This document shows positions 17,710 to 26,018 of a DNA stretch of 32,000 nucleotides, one piece after another. The position numbers and the translations under genes were made by a program. Each line of letters starts with the position of its first letter. Positions within the stretch are counted from its first letter, which is position 1. The notes beneath the pieces are model-generated. The model was given only the letters and a program-made list of their open reading frames with translations, ran no database searches and was not told the DNA's origin. The stretch spans positions 1,367,599 through 1,399,598 of the forward strand of contig OY764081.1 in the NCBI GenBank assembly GCA_963667985.1, in the 5' to 3' direction. The DNA is from an uncultured Methanocorpusculum sp. GTDB lineage: Archaea > Halobacteriota > Methanomicrobia > Methanomicrobiales > Methanocorpusculaceae.

Positions 17710-18423
17710 GCGAAAATCTATGTGACCATCTTCAGCCGTGGGATTCTGACCGCGTATGAGATCCATCAGTTCAGCGGGGTCCCCCGCGGGAGGGTGTACG
17801 ATGTCCTGACGATTCTCGAGCAGAAGGGTTTCATCTCCCGTTCGTGGGAGAAACCGGTCTATTATACTGCCGAACCGGTGGAGAAGGTTTCTCTTCGTCT
17901 GGTGAAGGATACACTGGCAAATCTGGAACACATGACCACCTGTCTCAACGAACTTCAGGACGTCTGCTATCCTCTGGGTGGTAAAATCGTCGGCGTGCAT
18001 GAATTCCAGACCGATCTTGCGATAGATACGCAGATCCGGATGGAACTCAGGCGTTCCTGCAAGGAGGTCCTTATCCTCTGTTTCGATGAGCGGATCCTGC
18101 AGAGATATTTTGACGACATCAAGGAAGCCGCCAAGCGGATCCCGGTGTATGTCGTCGTGAAAGATAAGAAAATGGCGAAGTTCTCCCCGATAAAATGCTA
18201 TATGGTCAAACGGGGGATCCCCATGACGACGATGGAGATGCCGGTCTCTTCCAAAAAACAGCGGCTCCCCGTTCTTGCGCAGTTCTATCACGACCGTCAG
18301 GGCACGATCGCGATCCTTGAACATAAGGGTCAGATGATCTGCCTTGGTCTTGTGAATAACGTCTCGGTGTTTGTGGCGCAGAGCATCCTTCAGAATATCG
18401 AACGGATCGAGCCGGACGAGTGA
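17692..18423 (+). CDS. TrmB-like transcriptional regulator, N-terminally altered by upstream duplication
   Basis: 243 aa; MKREYEAKIYVTIFSRGILTAYEIHQFSGVPRGRVYDVLTILEQKGFISRSWEKPVYYTAEPVEKV is a TrmB-type winged helix. Confidence 0.8.
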   Translation: MKREYEAKIYVTIFSRGILTAYEIHQFSGVPRGRVYDVLTILEQKGFISRSWEKPVYYTAEPVEKVSLRLVKDTLANLEHMTTCLNELQDVCYPLGGKIVGVHEFQTDLAIDTQIRMELRRSCKEVLILCFDERILQRYFDDIKEAAKRIPVYVVVKDKKMAKFSPIKCYMVKRGIPMTTMEMPVSSKKQRLPVLAQFYHDRQGTIAILEHKGQMICLGLVNNVSVFVAQSILQNIERIEPDE

Positions 18424-18458
18424 GTGGGTCGGGAACAATAGGACGGGCGCGGGCGGTC

Positions 18459-19466
18459 TTAATTCGCCAACCGCTTTACAATCCTCATTGCTCTAAGGGT
18501 AAGCCATTTGCTTTGTTCGTCCTTATGTCCGATTGGTATGAGAAGTCGGTCACTGGCATAGGTATTTTCAAGTCTCCATCTGCCCGATTCGTCCTGCTTG
18601 GACACAACGAGGTTAAGAGCATCGTCCATGCGGGTGTCCCTAACACCAAGTTCGCTAAGAATATCGAGTATTTCCAGCACATCGGTCTGATACATCAAGG
18701 GAAAACCAAATTTGAGCCAGCCGGGTTTTGATGTCCGCTTGAGATTATGGCTGCGTTTATAGATATGGTGGGTCAGGATAAACTCCGCGGCCTTGTCTAT
18801 TGTGTCTTGCACCGCCTGCGTTCTCTGTTCCTCAGGTATGGCGCTAAACGCTTTGAGCGCTTTAACGACGCCCATATGGCAGGTATGCTGGCCCCAGCAT
18901 GTTTCATATCGGTTATACGGGGGGACCTGCGGGTCATCTTCCGTCCCGTCGTTGAAGCGCATATACTGGGTGAGCCAGTCAATACCTTTCTGCAACCGTG
19001 GATCATCAATATACCCGAAGCGTATGAGGCTCCAGACCATATTTCCCGTTAGACAGGGGATAACCTCATGTATTCTTCCGCCTCCGGTTTTTACTGTGGC
19101 GTTCTGCGAAAAACCGCCGTCCTGCTTTTCCTGTGAACACGTCAGTATATATTCACAATGTTCCTGAATCTGCGGCGAAGGGCTGGCGCCTAACTCCGCA
19201 AGCGTGATCAGCGACCAGACAAGCCCTTTGTATTTATACGTGTAAAATCTAGGATGGGCTTGGAGATAGGCAGGTTCCTGTTGTTTTCGAAGAATATCGG
19301 GGACAATACCATTTTGCATGATTTCATATTTTGCCTGCCGGACTTTTGGGTCATCTTCGGGTTTGTCTAATATCTGCTTTAACGCAAAATACCGTACTGA
19401 AGGATTTTCTTCTTCTAACAGCCAATTTGTGTGATCTGCTTTGAGTATCGCTTTCCAATTTTCCAT
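18459..19466 (-). CDS. Prenyltransferase/squalene-cyclase-like alpha-toroid repeat protein
   Basis: 335 aa; repeats such as GGFSQNATVKTGGGRIHEVIPCLTGNMVWSLIRFGYIDDPRLQKGIDWL and VVSKQDESGRWRLE. Confidence 0.6.
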   Translation of the reverse strand: MENWKAILKADHTNWLLEEENPSVRYFALKQILDKPEDDPKVRQAKYEIMQNGIVPDILRKQQEPAYLQAHPRFYTYKYKGLVWSLITLAELGASPSPQIQEHCEYILTCSQEKQDGGFSQNATVKTGGGRIHEVIPCLTGNMVWSLIRFGYIDDPRLQKGIDWLTQYMRFNDGTEDDPQVPPYNRYETCWGQHTCHMGVVKALKAFSAIPEEQRTQAVQDTIDKAAEFILTHHIYKRSHNLKRTSKPGWLKFGFPLMYQTDVLEILDILSELGVRDTRMDDALNLVVSKQDESGRWRLENTYASDRLLIPIGHKDEQSKWLTLRAMRIVKRLAN

Positions 19467-19655
19467 TTTTCCCTCTTTTGTATAAGCAGTACGGCAGCAA
19501 TGTGGTATTTGACAGTGTGCAGATTTTTCTGTCTCTTCTCCTATGCTCTAACGCCTAACTCAATCATTCAGCCTCCATCTTCAAATATCTATTTCCTGAA
19601 AACCGCACTCATTGATCCACCTGAATTCTTTGCACATCCCGGAGATTAGGATTCC

Positions 19656-19756
19656 CCACCGCGGGACGCTCCGCACCGGATCGCAAATCAGAAATTTGCT
19701 CTGCTGAGGTCGTCCGCTTTCAGCGTCCAACCCGCAGTCGCCTCCCCGCACCCCGA
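19656..19756. repeat. Dispersed intergenic repeat, copy A
   Basis: Contains CCACCGCGGGACGCTCCGC (19656-19674) and TCCCCGCACCCCGA (19743-19756), both present in reverse complement at 28830-28874. Confidence 0.6.
19683..19708 (+). repeat. Hairpin-containing repeat, copy 1
   Basis: GCAAATCAGAAATTTGCTCTGCTGAG; near-identical to 20034-20059. Confidence 0.8.
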
Positions 19757-19787
19757 TTAAAAAAAGAAAGATAGAATACGAGTATGA

Positions 19788-19811
19788 GAAAAACCCGCGG
19801 GCGGGTTTTTC
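19788..19811. terminator. Strong bidirectional palindrome, terminator-like
   Basis: GAAAAACCCGC-GG-GCGGGTTTTTC: 11-bp perfect stem arms flanking 2 nt. Terminator function is inference. Confidence 0.45.
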
Positions 19812-20033
19812 CCAGCATTTTTCCAGAGAGGGTGCGATTCCTGCGCAGGCGATAAGCCGGAGCAGAGCACCCGAACGCAAGAAAAATGCGATTCGCGTTA
19901 ATTCGCGGAGATTCGCGGTGGGCTTTCTCAGGCTTCCACACCAAACCTTACCCTTCCCGAATTTCACACCCATAACTCCAATCCTTCCGCCCCCTGTTTC
20001 TTATTTTGTGAATTTCGTTACCACCCCGCAGTC

Positions 20034-20059
20034 GCAAATCAAAGATTTGCTCCGCTGAG
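20034..20059 (+). repeat. Hairpin-containing repeat, copy 2
   Basis: GCAAATCAAAGATTTGCTCCGCTGAG; 23 of 26 identical to 19683-19708. Confidence 0.8.
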
Positions 20060-20084
20060 GGCGAGCCTATCGGCTCACCCCGCT

Positions 20085-21452
20085 TCACCCGAACAAAATA
20101 CTCTTCGGCTCCGTGTATTCGTACACGAAGTCCCTGCCGTTTTCCCGTCCGAATCCCGAGTTCGCGACCCCGCCAAACGGCATTTCCGGCGGAAGCGTCA
20201 GATGCTTGTTCACCCAGACGACCCCGCATCTAAGCCCCTCGGCAAAGTTATGGGCCGTTCCTATATCGGTGGTCCAGACCGATGACCCGAGACCGTACTG
20301 GGTGGAATTTGCGATATTGAGTGCCTCGTCGGGAGTATTGAACGGGATCACCGACATCACCGGTCCGAAGATCTCCTCCGAGACCGCGAGTGGACTCACG
20401 TTTTTCAGCAGCGTCGGTGCATAGAAGTTGCCGGGCATCTCCAGTCTCTTCCCGCCGTACACGAGCTGGGCATCGCCGTTAGCGAGGATGTTTTCCACCC
20501 AGGCCTCGATCTGGGCCAGCTGATCGGGATTATTCACCGGCCCCATATTCACTTTTTCAAGACCGTTTCCAACCACGTAACCCGAAAGCATAACCTCGGC
20601 TTTGTGCACGAACTCATCGGCAAGCGATGCGTCGACCAAGATCCGCTTGGCAGACGTGCAGACCTGGCCGCAGTTGTAGAACCGGTTTCTGACCGCCGCT
20701 TTCACCGCGGCGTCGATGTCGGCCGTTTTCGTCACGATGAAACTGTCGTTCCCGCCAAGCTCCAGCGTCAGTTTTTTCAGATGCGGGGCGGCGAGAAGCG
20801 AAACCGCCTTTCCGGATTGGACCGATCCGGTAAACGAGATGTGACGGACATCAGGGTGCGAGACTAGCGCGGCGCCGGTTTCCCCTCCCGATCCCGTCAC
20901 GATCTGCAGGGCCTCTTTGGGAAAGCCTCCTTCGTGCAGCGCCTCGGCGATCTTTAAGATCGTCAGAGACGCGGTCTTCGACGGCTTTGCAAGAACCGCG
21001 TTCCCGCAGGCAAGTGCGGCTCCTGCTTTCCAGGCAAAAATCATCACCGGTATGTTCCAGGGAATAATCGCGGCGCAGACCCCGAGCGGTTTTCGAACAA
21101 CGTTCAGATACCCGTAGCCCGGCAGATTGCGGGCATCGCCCGGAATACTCCCGCATACCGAGGCATAATACTCAAACACATGGGCGGACCCGAGGATCTC
21201 GTCACGTGCTTCCCGAAGCGGTTTTCCCTGTTCGGTCGTCAGCAGAACAGCAAGTTCCTCCACCCGTGCCCGCATCAGGGACGCGGCGTTCACAAACATC
21301 ACGGCACGCTTCGATGCCGCCGTCTTCTCCCATGTCGGCAGGATATCGGCGGCCGCGTTCACAAAATTGTCCACATCATCGGGCGCGGCGTTTGGTATTG
21401 TGCCGATGACTTCATTCGTGGCAGGATTTCTCACGTCGAGAGATGATTGCAT
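20085..21452 (-). CDS. Aldehyde dehydrogenase family protein (succinate-semialdehyde dehydrogenase-like)
   Basis: 455 aa; PWNIPVMIFAWKAGAALACGNAVLAKPSK, LELGGND, NCGQVCTSAKR, PFGGVANSGFGREN. Confidence 0.92.
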   Translation of the reverse strand: MQSSLDVRNPATNEVIGTIPNAAPDDVDNFVNAAADILPTWEKTAASKRAVMFVNAASLMRARVEELAVLLTTEQGKPLREARDEILGSAHVFEYYASVCGSIPGDARNLPGYGYLNVVRKPLGVCAAIIPWNIPVMIFAWKAGAALACGNAVLAKPSKTASLTILKIAEALHEGGFPKEALQIVTGSGGETGAALVSHPDVRHISFTGSVQSGKAVSLLAAPHLKKLTLELGGNDSFIVTKTADIDAAVKAAVRNRFYNCGQVCTSAKRILVDASLADEFVHKAEVMLSGYVVGNGLEKVNMGPVNNPDQLAQIEAWVENILANGDAQLVYGGKRLEMPGNFYAPTLLKNVSPLAVSEEIFGPVMSVIPFNTPDEALNIANSTQYGLGSSVWTTDIGTAHNFAEGLRCGVVWVNKHLTLPPEMPFGGVANSGFGRENGRDFVYEYTEPKSILFG

Positions 21453-21543
21453 GCTGGAGTATTATGCCGTAGCCTATTTAGTCCTGTCCGTCGAAGCAGA
21501 AAAAATAGGAAATCTCTTGTTCCTGCAAAGAGAACGTATTCGC

Positions 21544-21959
21544 ATGCACGAATACGCTGAAAAGATCGCATCGATAGGTGCCGCTGCCAACCCGACGTTC
21601 ATGACCCTTGGGATCACCCCGGTCTCATGGGGGACGGGCAGGCAGTTCTCAAAATGAAAGCCTCGGATAAAATGCACAACGGTATCGGATTCCTGCAGGG
21701 GGGCTTTTACGTCATCCTCGCGGACGAGGCGATCGCCCTTGCGATTTTAGCAGAACTCGATCCAGGATCCGGCACCGCGACCATCTCCGAAACAACGGAA
21801 TTTATCCGCGGCACGAAAGACGACGAGATCTTCGCCGTTGCAAAGATCATCCGGAAAGGAAGAAGAATCGTCTTTGCAGAGGCGGAGGTCATACGCGGAA
21901 GTGTTGACGGCGATCTCCTTTCAAAAACTACGGCCTCGTATCTGATAACCCAGTGCTGA
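21544..21959 (+). pseudogene. PaaI-like hotdog thioesterase, interrupted by a 1-nt frameshift in a G-run
   Basis: MHEYAEKIASIGAAANPTFMTLGITPVSWG + DGQAVLKMKASDKMHNGIGFLQGGFYVILADEAIALAI...; adding one G to the 5-G run at about 21629-21633 joins the frames. Confidence 0.75.
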
Positions 21960-22012
21960 CGTCATGACAGATTCATATTCCGTCACGCCAAACTATAACG
22001 TTATGGAGGAGC

Positions 22013-24166
22013 ATGGCTGTTGAACTGGAAGTTGTAGACCGGGTCGAGGAGTGGACCGGGTTTCTGAAAAAGAAATACAAAAGTGAGCTCAATAAGATAT
22101 CCCGTGAATATCCAAGCGAACGCTCCCTTGAAATAGACTATGGTGTTCTGGAAAAATACGGAAAGATTGGCGTCGTTCTCGCCGACGAACTCCTCGAACA
22201 CCCGGGAAAGACCTTAGAGGACGTCAAAGACGCGATTAGGACGTCGCGCCTCATCACCGGCAAGGATGTTGAAGGAAACGACATCTCCGACACTATCATA
22301 AGCAAAGTCAACATCCGGTTCATCCGCCTCCCGCGAAAGACCCAGATCCGGGACATCCGGGCCGAAGACATCAATAAATTCATCAGCATCGACGGGATCG
22401 TGCGCCGGGTCACCGAGGTCCGCCCCCGGCTCGTCACCGGAGCGTTCCGGTGCGTGAACGGGCATATCACCTACAAAAAACAGGAGTACGGTTCCTACTC
22501 CGAGCCGGATATGTGCGGGCATGCCGAGTGTACGCTGAAAAAGCTCGAACTCGTGCAGAGCAAATCGACCTTCATCGACTCGCAGAAACTTCGTGTCCAG
22601 GAGACGCCCGAAGGACTTCGTGGCGGGGAGCAGCCCCAGAACATCGACATCGACACGGTCGACGATCTCTGCGGCAAAGTATCGCCGGGTGACCGCGTCA
22701 TCGTGAACGGCATCCTTCGCAGCGTGCAGAGAGTCGTCGGCGGTCAAAAAAGCACCGTCTTCGATCTCTACATCGAATGCAACTCGATCGAGATCTCGAT
22801 CAAAGAGTTCGAAGAGGTCAACATCTCCGAAGAGGACGAGGTCACGATCAAAGATATGGCCGCCGACCCCGGCGTGTACGGAAAGATCGCCAGGTCTATC
22901 GCCCCGACCATCTACGGAAACGACGAGGTCAAGGAGGCCATCGCTCTCCAGATGTTCGGCGGGATCCCAAAGGAAATGCCGGACGGATCCAGTCTTCGAG
23001 GCGATATCCATATCCTTTTAGTTGGTGACCCGGGTATTGCAAAATCCCAGCTACTTCGCTACGTCATCAAGCTCGCGCCACGCGGCATCTACACGTCCGG
23101 AAAATCCGCCTCCTCGGCCGGTCTGACGGCCGCCGCCGTGAAAGACGATCTTGGAGATGGCCGCTGGACGCTTGAGGCCGGAGCGCTCGTTCTCGCGGAC
23201 AAAGGTATCGCCGCGGTGGATGAAATGGACAAGATGCAGAAAGACGACCGCTCCTCCCTGCACGAAGCAATGGAGCAGCAGTCTGTTTCGATCGCCAAGG
23301 CCGGCATCAATGCCACGCTTCGGACCCGCTGTTCCCTGCTTGGAGCCGCAAACCCCAAGCTCGGCAGATTCGACGAGTATGCCAACATCTCCGAACAGAT
23401 CAACATGCCGCCGTCCCTTCTCTCCCGTTTCGATCTGATCTTCATCATGAAGGATCAGCCGGACGCAACGAGGGATCTGAACATCGCCCGGCACATCTTA
23501 AAGGCCCACTCGGCCGGTGAGAAGATCATGCGGCACAAGAAGTACCCAATCCCGGGAGCGGACGACGAGTACTTCCAGCGCGAACTTGCCCCGGTAACGC
23601 CGGAGATCGACGCCGCGATGCTCAGGAAATACCTCGCCTATGCAAAACGAAACTGCTTCCCGCTCTTAAAAGACGAGGCGAAGGAAGTTCTCGTTCAGTA
23701 TTATCAGAGCCTTCGAAGCGTCGCCTACGAAAACTCCGACAAGCCAGTCCCGATCACCGCCCGTCAGCTCGAAGCACTCGTCCGTCTCGCTGAAGCGAGC
23801 GCCCGGGTCCGTCTCGCCGACGAGGTTGAGCAGGAGGATGCGGAACGCGTCGTTAAGATCGTGGACGCCTGTCTGAGACAGGTCGCCTACGACGCGAAGA
23901 CCGGCTCTCTCGACATCGACAAGATCACCACCGGAACGTCCAGATCTGGGCGTGCGATCCGCCGCGAACTCAAAGAGACGATCGAGACGCTGATCCAGGC
24001 AAGCGACGACCGGGTCGCGAAGGTCGATCAGATCATGGAGACGATGGAGAACAAGTATCATTATAAGAGGGATGAGGTGGAACACATCCTGGAAAGAATG
24101 AGGATGGACGGGGAAGTGTTCCAGCCGAGGAACGGTCTTATCAAGTTCACCGCACCCATGAGGTAA
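22013..24166 (+). CDS. mcm: Replicative DNA helicase Mcm
   Basis: 717 aa; Walker A GDPGIAKSQLL, sensor LLGAANP, arginine-finger region PPSLLSRFDLIF, archaeal N-terminal zinc region. Confidence 0.98.
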   Translation: MAVELEVVDRVEEWTGFLKKKYKSELNKISREYPSERSLEIDYGVLEKYGKIGVVLADELLEHPGKTLEDVKDAIRTSRLITGKDVEGNDISDTIISKVNIRFIRLPRKTQIRDIRAEDINKFISIDGIVRRVTEVRPRLVTGAFRCVNGHITYKKQEYGSYSEPDMCGHAECTLKKLELVQSKSTFIDSQKLRVQETPEGLRGGEQPQNIDIDTVDDLCGKVSPGDRVIVNGILRSVQRVVGGQKSTVFDLYIECNSIEISIKEFEEVNISEEDEVTIKDMAADPGVYGKIARSIAPTIYGNDEVKEAIALQMFGGIPKEMPDGSSLRGDIHILLVGDPGIAKSQLLRYVIKLAPRGIYTSGKSASSAGLTAAAVKDDLGDGRWTLEAGALVLADKGIAAVDEMDKMQKDDRSSLHEAMEQQSVSIAKAGINATLRTRCSLLGAANPKLGRFDEYANISEQINMPPSLLSRFDLIFIMKDQPDATRDLNIARHILKAHSAGEKIMRHKKYPIPGADDEYFQRELAPVTPEIDAAMLRKYLAYAKRNCFPLLKDEAKEVLVQYYQSLRSVAYENSDKPVPITARQLEALVRLAEASARVRLADEVEQEDAERVVKIVDACLRQVAYDAKTGSLDIDKITTGTSRSGRAIRRELKETIETLIQASDDRVAKVDQIMETMENKYHYKRDEVEHILERMRMDGEVFQPRNGLIKFTAPMR

Positions 24167-24171
24167 TATAA

Positions 24172-24495
24172 ATGGCAACAGACAGAGAAAACGCCGTGTT
24201 CGAAGCGGCAATCAAACTCGGGGCGCTTTACCACCAGTTCGTGGGAACGCCCATCTCACGTTCGACCGCAGAGACCGTGGAAGCCGCAATCGAAAGTGCG
24301 GTCTCCCTCCAGCCGTATGTGACGAAGATCACGGTCCGTCTGGACAAGTCCTTAATGAATGAAAATCCGTTCGGCTACTCGGAACTTACCGGGGCGATGT
24401 ATGATGCCGTCATCGAAACGAAGTACGGCGACGCGGTCTGCCGTGCAAGCCTGAAGTTCGAGAACGGATACCCCATGATGAAGATCATCGAGTAA
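24172..24495 (+). CDS. mptD: Archaeal dihydroneopterin aldolase-like protein (MptD family)
   Basis: 107 aa; AVFEAAIKLGALYHQFVGTPIS...SLQPYVTKITVRLD...GYSELTGAMYDAVIETKYG...FENGYPMMKI. Confidence 0.65.
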   Translation: MATDRENAVFEAAIKLGALYHQFVGTPISRSTAETVEAAIESAVSLQPYVTKITVRLDKSLMNENPFGYSELTGAMYDAVIETKYGDAVCRASLKFENGYPMMKIIE

Positions 24496-25316
24496 TGATT
24501 CAGTTTCCGATCCTGGACGATCACTTCCACATCAACCGGAGAACAGGCGTCGGCCCGTCGGTCGTGAAGGAGTTCATGCGTTCCGGCGGGACGCACATCG
24601 TGCTCGTCTCGCTTCCCTCCTGGTCGTGCGGCGTTACGCCAAACACGCCTGCTGACTACCGTCAGGTGTTCGATGAACTGCTGACGGTTTCAGAGATGGT
24701 GAACGAGCTTGGATGTGTCTGTTATCCGGTCGCGGGCGTCCACCCGGCCGAGATCTGGTGGCTCTCCGAAAGGCTCGGACTTTCGGCCGCCGAGGAGCTG
24801 ATGTGCGGGGCGCTGGAGGTCGCCACCGAGTATGTCCGCGAAGGAACATGTATCGGGCTGAAGTCCGGCCGGCCACATTACCCGGTGACGCCCGAGGTGT
24901 GGGATGCGTCAAACCGGGTTCTGGAAAGAGCCCTTACGCTGTCGGGCGAGCTCGGCTGTTCTCTGCAGATCCATGCCGAGTCGGGCCCGTGCGAGGACGT
25001 GCCGGATATGGCAAAATCATGCGGGATGGATCCGTCCCGGGTCGTGAAGCATTTTGCGACCTGTGAGACCCCTCTTCATCCTTCAATCACGGTCAGAGAG
25101 CCGTTTTTGAATCAGTGGTTTGCGGAAAAGCGGGAGTTCACGCTCGAGAGCGACTACATGGATGATCTCTCAAGGCCGGGTGCGGTGAACGGGCCGCGGT
25201 CGGTCCCCCGCAGGATGCAGAAACTTCTCCAGGAGGGCGCAGTGACTTTCGAGGATATGTGGCGTGTTCACGGTTTTGTCCCAAAAAAGATATACGGCGT
25301 CGATTTCGATATTTGA
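24495..25316 (+). CDS. TatD-related/archaeal metal-dependent hydrolase
   Basis: 273 aa; PILDDHFHINRRTGVGPSVVKEF, GVHPAE, YVREGTCIGLKSG, LQIHAESG, LESDYMDD. Confidence 0.75.
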   Translation: MIQFPILDDHFHINRRTGVGPSVVKEFMRSGGTHIVLVSLPSWSCGVTPNTPADYRQVFDELLTVSEMVNELGCVCYPVAGVHPAEIWWLSERLGLSAAEELMCGALEVATEYVREGTCIGLKSGRPHYPVTPEVWDASNRVLERALTLSGELGCSLQIHAESGPCEDVPDMAKSCGMDPSRVVKHFATCETPLHPSITVREPFLNQWFAEKREFTLESDYMDDLSRPGAVNGPRSVPRRMQKLLQEGAVTFEDMWRVHGFVPKKIYGVDFDI

Positions 25317-25705
25317 GTGTTTGAAAACAAACCACGATTATTTTTCTTGATTTTCGCGGTATGTCTCATATTGTTTGAGAATAATTTTCAATTTTGTCCC
25401 TAACAAATAGTATTATGTAGATGCGGGTCTATTAGTCAATTGGAGATAAAATGTTTGGCATGTGCTCTTGAGTTATGCCACAATGGTTTACGCCCGGAGA
25501 AATCCCGCGGCGATCAAAAAGCAATGATGCCCCTTCATTTGTTGTTTGATTGTGATAACCGCGCCTGAAAAGAAGGCGATAAATTCAAAACTTATAACGG
25601 ATGGATAGAAACATTTGCGGGTGGGCCAGCCCATTGGGGGAGGGTAACACCCAATCTCCACGTTACGTAGCTTTTTCTCTTTTCTGAATTCTGTTTATGT
25701 GTGTT

Positions 25706-25783
25706 GTTACAAATCGTAACGCTGTTTTTCAGGCATGTTACATTTTGTAACTCCTCGCGGAACGCCCAGTTACAAAATGTTAC
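25706..25783. promoter_or_regulatory. Array of three phased 15-bp operator-like boxes plus adjacent TATA box
   Basis: GTTACAAATCGTAAC (25706-25720), GTTACATTTTGTAAC (25737-25751), GTTACAAAATGTTAC (25769-25783); start-to-start 31 and 32 bp; TATAAAT at 25785-25791, ATG at 25818. Confidence 0.7.
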
Positions 25784-25817
25784 ATATAAATCGTCGGGCT
25801 CCAAATATACATACAGC

Positions 25818-26018
25818 ATGGCAACGAAAGTCGTACGCGTGTCAGAGGACGCGATAGAGATCACCGGCAGATATGCCAAAGACATCAGCGAAGGGATCCG
25901 GATGATGCAGAAACTCATCGAGGAAAAAAGCAAGCCGCAGATCGATATGAAAGCTCTCGAGAAGATGATGCGAAACTGCATCGCAGAAGAGTTTGAAAAC
26001 CTCCAGAGGGTGTACTGA
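25818..26018 (+). CDS. Small hypothetical protein (66 aa), possible ribbon-helix-helix-type regulator
   Basis: MATKVVRVSEDAIEITGRYAKDISEGIRMMQKLIEEKSKPQIDMKALEKMMRNCIAEEFENLQRVY; KVVRVSEDAIEI-x-ISEGIRMM has the strand-helix-helix look of RHH proteins. Confidence 0.6.
   Translation: MATKVVRVSEDAIEITGRYAKDISEGIRMMQKLIEEKSKPQIDMKALEKMMRNCIAEEFENLQRVY

Noticed and set aside
22214-23011. 265-aa minus-strand ORF
   Set aside because: Entirely antisense to mcm with Asp/Val-rich shadow composition.
25706-25783. GTTAC boxes as a CRISPR-like or iteron replication array
   Set aside because: Units are only 15 bp palindromes with different centres, just three copies, positioned against a TATA box; operator array is a better fit.
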